A stretch of 64,000 nucleotides of DNA, taken from Raillietiella orientalis. Taxonomy: Eukaryota. Below, piece by piece: positions 59,531 to 64,000 of this stretch. A program made the position numbers and the translations under genes. The DNA is taken from contig JAYWIR010000006.1 in assembly GCA_036172245.1 (NCBI GenBank), positions 2,914,001 through 2,978,000 on the forward strand. The letters are read 5' to 3'. The first letter of the stretch is position 1. The number at the start of each line of letters is the position of its first letter. The notes beneath the pieces are model-generated. The model worked only from the letters and a program-made list of their open reading frames with translations. It ran no database searches and was not told where the DNA came from.

Positions 59531-61899
59531 AGCCCCTTCCCTTCCTCCGCCTGTGACGGGCGACTTCAGAGACTCTTCCTGCAGCTGCAGCTTGGGATCC
59601 GGAATGAACGGAAGCAATGCCCGCCACTGTCCGACCGAAGAGAAGGAACGGCAAGCCGGCAGCAGTTGCCGAGCAGCCGAAGCGAAGGACTTGCAGCCTG
59701 AACGAAAGAGACTGCTCCGAGGCGGCTTTCGGATCTCGAATTCGCTCCTCGTGGAGCAGCTTCGAGGTCAACTTCTTAAAGGGCATTTTATAAGATTTGG
59801 AGAGAGTGCCGACCTTCTTCTGAAGTCAGGAAGGAGCTAGCCAGCGAAGCCGCACCTACACGCCTTCTTGTGACCCACTGCGAGACGACACTTCTGCACG
59901 CGGAGCTCCGAGGTTCTTCTGCTTCCGGATTGCCGGGAGCTGCTGGGAAGTCGCCAACTAGGTCAGGTGAGCCGCTCTGAGCGCCACCGACGGGTGCATA
60001 AGAGACAGCCTTCCAGCAATCGTGCTTTCATACTCGATGCTTTTCTCCACTCCAAAAGGAACCGGAAAAGAAAAAACAAATCGGTTCCCTTAGCAACATG
60101 CCTGTTTGTCCCGTCATACACACACACAAAAAGCAAACAAACAAACGATGGGATATTCTCTCTTTTCTTTTCTCTCTTCGGAAACACCAGAGGACTCATT
60201 CCTCATACGGGATGAGCGGTCTGCTGACGTTACGCCTATGTTTGTGCTCCTGATGCCATTTTGGGAGCGAGCGCCTTCGGACCTGCCGTTGTTTCCCATC
60301 TTTCCGGTGTCGCGCTTTGCACGCCGCCCGTCCATCTTCGCTTCGCAGCCTTCCGAGACGGAAGTGAGCGAGGGATTCCATCCTTTCCCGGAGGCGCGTT
60401 CCCCGTGCACCCCCGCTTCTCCCAGGTTCCCCGCCGAAACCTCGAGCTTCGCGAGCGCGACAGAGGCGCGGAGTGGAGTAGCGAGATGCTCCGCAGTTCA
60501 TCATCGTGGATCCCGGTCAGTACTGCAGACGAGAGAGGAGGAGGAGGGAAGGGGGGGGGGGAGACGGAAACCGACGCGACGAATCCAACGCATTCGAGCG
60601 GAGCTGACCGCGGATCTCAGTGGGGAGAGAAGCCGCGTGTGGTACGTCTCCCGTCGCCCAGAGCAAGCATCCTTTTCTACCCAGAAATCAATGGGAGAGG
60701 TCGCCCCCGCAAAACAGAACCGTTGTCCGGGAACCACTGGTCTAGATGATTTCACCATCCAGGCGAAATGCAGACGGGGAGGGGTTGTCAGCTGGGAAAG
60801 GCCGGGAGTGTTGCAGCTTGTGCTCACAGAGAGGACTGGGTGATTCTTTCCCCTCCCCTCCTGTTGCTCTCGGAGAAGTTCAAGCGAGGCGGCAGAGGGA
60901 AAATCGGAACAACGTAATGTTTTGATCGCATCTTCGCGATAAACCCCGCCTCTCGCGTTCAGCTTTCTCAGGGGTTCCCCGTCAGAAGAGAGCCGAGGGA
61001 GACCGAGGAAAAGGAGGCGTTCAGAGGGGTGCCGTGGTCGAACCGGTGAGTGCCCGGCGTCGAGCTCCCAGGAGGGCGCCTGGCTCGAGGGAGGGTGACT
61101 CATCTTGCAAGATAGTTTTTTCTACTCCGCACGCGCGGCGCCGCCAGGACCCCGGTTCGGACGCCACTGTCCTCTCCTCGGTAGGTGCCCCTCAGTCCCT
61201 GGTGTTTGCTTGCTCGTTCCAGGTTTCCTCTCCCGACGGACGCGCTGGGCTTTCTTCCTTCCTCTCCACTCCCTCCTTCTTTTCCCCTACCTAGCTCCCT
61301 CGCACGCTTTCCAGTTCCCGTTCGGCTCTCCATTTCTGTTGACAGTGCGGTTGCCGTGGAGCTGCCCCGGCTTGAGCCCGCCAAGAGAAAGAACGTTTGT
61401 TTTCCTTCGAGAGAAGACGTCCTCGAGAGATCTTCCATCATGTTGCACTTGTGTGGACTCCACACGTCCATCCATGCCCTGCTCCCTCTTACTGAGATAC
61501 CATTCTCACTGCTGATACACAAGTACGAACTCCCCTCCTCTCCTTCTTGCCCCACTCCCCCTCGCCTTAAAAAAAAAAAAAAAAAAACAGCACGTGGATT
61601 CGCGTCTCTTAACAGCTAGAATCTCCGTTTGGAGCCTGTCACGAGACCATCCATGACTCGCCCAGCCCTGTCTCTGGTGAAGGACCTCCATTCGAGATGA
61701 CGCATGCAAGAGTGGAGGGAGTTTCCCTTATCGAGGTGAGCGGTGTTCTGCCGGGTAAGCTTCCCTGCTTGCCACGAGCCCTTAACTTCTCCCTCGGCGC
61801 TGCGCGGGCGCTGCCAGTTGATGGGGCGGGTCTGCGCTCTCTGGTTCGGGGGGCACCCGAGCCTATGGACACTGTTTGGCCCATGTCTGATGATGGATG

Positions 61900-63680
61900 A
61901 CACCATGTCTTCCCTCCTAGAGCACAGCTGAACGCGTCAGGGCTACTCTCGGGGGGTTCAGGAGACCATGGAGACCTTCCTGTAGACGAAGGATGCTCCG
62001 GCGGCTGGCTCTCTTGTATGCAAAGGGACGAGAAGATGGACAGGCCCCAAATAACCCCCTAAACAAAGAGGAGGTGGGAGGGACGGGCCCCACAGATGGG
62101 GGCATCCCCCTCCAGAAGGAAACGAAGAGAGCGGCGAAGAGCTCGTAGCAAACGGTGTACGCGCGGGGCGAACTGTTTCGGAAAGCGATCCCGTGATCTT
62201 GCACGCAAGGGACAAGAAATGGACAGGCCACGAAGATAGCGACGATGGGAAAGAGTCCCTTTGCCATCGTCGCTCCTTGAAGCCACTCCGTCCGCCGAGT
62301 CAACAGGGAGGCTGGCGCTCCTTGATGGGATTACTGACATCCGCAGGACGTCGCGATGTGGGGACGCGGGGACAGAAGATACCCGACGGTGTTCGTGCGA
62401 CCTGACTCTTGGGTTCCTCCTGGCCCTCTCTTGATCCCCTCTTTCCCCGGTAAGGTCTCCTTCGTTTTGTGTCTGGTCTGACCAGGTGCCTGATCCTCCT
62501 CATTGTGAGGTCACATTTGACCGCACAAAATGACCCTGTGTGCCGGTGCAAGGAGGCAACGCCGGGGGCGAGCACGACCTTGATCGTCTCCGTGCCCCCA
62601 GAGCTGGTCTCGCAGAGAGCGGGAGCGGGATGGTATTCCCCCCGTGCGGGAACGAATCCCGAAAGGCACTTCCTGCCTCTTCCTGCCACGAAACGGCCGG
62701 CATGTCGTCCAGGGACAGGGCCCGCGGCCCCGGGAAGACGTGGGATCGACATCGCGCGGCTTCTCTCCCTTACTCTTTCCTTCCCTCGCTGAGTGAGGGC
62801 GAGGTGTGCTCCCAGTCGCACAGGCTGGGGGCGCCGCCCATCCACAGGATTAGCAGGTCCTACTCCTCCGGATGATGGCGTCGTGGGCGAGTGATGATGC
62901 CCTCTAGGACGGCACTCCCGTGCGTCCATAGCGTGGCGATCGAAAGGAGAAACTCCCCTTTCTGGCATGGCTGGCTCTGGAAGGAGGGCCGGCCCCTCTG
63001 GGAGAGGGGCGAAATCCAATTGCTATCTGCCCATGTGATGCTGACCCTCCCACGCGCCTCTTCCTGTTTTCCCATCGCCTCTTCCCTTCGTTGTCTCTAT
63101 CGTGTGCAGCCGGTCTACGAATCAGCTACCGCTCGACCTTAGGCGCTATGCTGGAAGTCGCTTGCAGCGCATGCCAGCACATGCCGACATGAAACGGATT
63201 GATGCAACCTCCCTGGAAACCGCTACTAAGGAGAGGATGCAGGATGGAAACGAGCAGCCAATGGAAAGATAAGCAAATGGAGGATGAGACGTCCATGCTC
63301 CTTGGTGGTGGATGAGATCGCGAAGGGCCAGGGGATGAAATTGGGTACTCCAGTCGGTCAGGAGCTCCGTCTGCCCGCGATTGCCGCGAGGTTCTCTCTT
63401 TTTCATCCCAGCTTCCAGCTCAGTCCTATTTTCCAGGGAAGGAGACGGCAGCTGTTAGACGGGGGTGTCCACACTCCTCTTTCACGCCGGAGGTCGCCGT
63501 TGCTTGATTTGACAGGAGATGGCAATCGGGGAGCAAAGTGATGGGCCCGAAGAGGCAGAAGTCCGTTCGAGAAGGTCATCGTCGGGGAGTTGGAAGTTCC
63601 CCTTGTATGACCACTCACCCCTACGGCGTTCCAGAGGCACGTGCGGAAAGAAATGACTCTGGAACGCGAGCCTTTCGTCA
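61900..63680 (-). mobile_element. Decayed DIRS-like retrotransposon (RT, RNase H and YR remnants)
   Basis: Read by eye across frameshifts, in DIRS order: QFHPL/PFAISS (cf. QFxxLPFGLSS), AYL..WLLV (cf. YLDDWL) near 63260, SLCDW-GAHL (cf. DASxxGWGAHL) near 62810, then FL....DHGIA and LFRGLFGACP (YR N-terminal-like). Boundaries approximate. Confidence 0.55.
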
Positions 63681-64000
63681 AGGCGTGGTCCAGTGAAGAT
63701 CTGGTTGCGCCACCGGCATTACGGAAGTACTCTGGTGTCCATCAGGAAGTGTGGTATTTCGAATGTTCTCCGGAAAACTTCGAGGGAGATCCGCCCACCT
63801 CCGCTGCGCTCCAAAGCTAGGTCTCTTTGGAGGGAACTCTCTAAATGCTAAAGAAACATTCGCCTTGGGGATCACGAAGCTCTTTGACGCTGTCCACGTC
63901 ACCAGAGGGTGCAAGTTACTCATCAAGTTAGGGGACACCCCGAGATGGGATCATCCTATGAATCCAGGAAGGCTCTGGAGGTAGGAGTCCGTTCCTTTCA

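Noticed and set aside
1..64000. Hundreds of 60-400 aa ORFs in the supplied track (for example 10105-11340, 411 aa)
   Set aside because: Arg/Pro/Ser/Gly-rich, overlapping in all six frames and without recognisable domains; expected in GC-rich non-coding DNA.

Overview
GC-rich eukaryotic, most likely invertebrate metazoan, genomic DNA. It is not prokaryotic, and almost all of the supplied ORFs are chance GC-rich frames. The only clearly recognisable gene is a spliced, minus-strand PDE4/dunce-family cAMP phosphodiesterase. Nine phase-consistent exons lie at 12061-15819 and a likely further exon at 18001-18263 (624 aa if included). Several introns are only 53-93 nt. The enzyme has unusual substitutions (ENHS for ENHH, YHS for YHN) and lacks recognisable PKA and ERK regulatory motifs. 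A CRE/half-CRE cluster at about 23.45-23.74 kb, with candidate extra 5' exons, may be its promoter. A composite AACCGG-Nx-CAACAAT motif array occurs twice, at 15.5 kb and 30.4 kb. Much of the rest looks by eye like heavily decayed, frameshifted DIRS-type (tyrosine-recombinase) retrotransposons, plus simple and diverged repeats. Transposon calls are motif-level and need HMM/BLAST confirmation. No CRISPR array, rRNA or convincing tRNA was seen.
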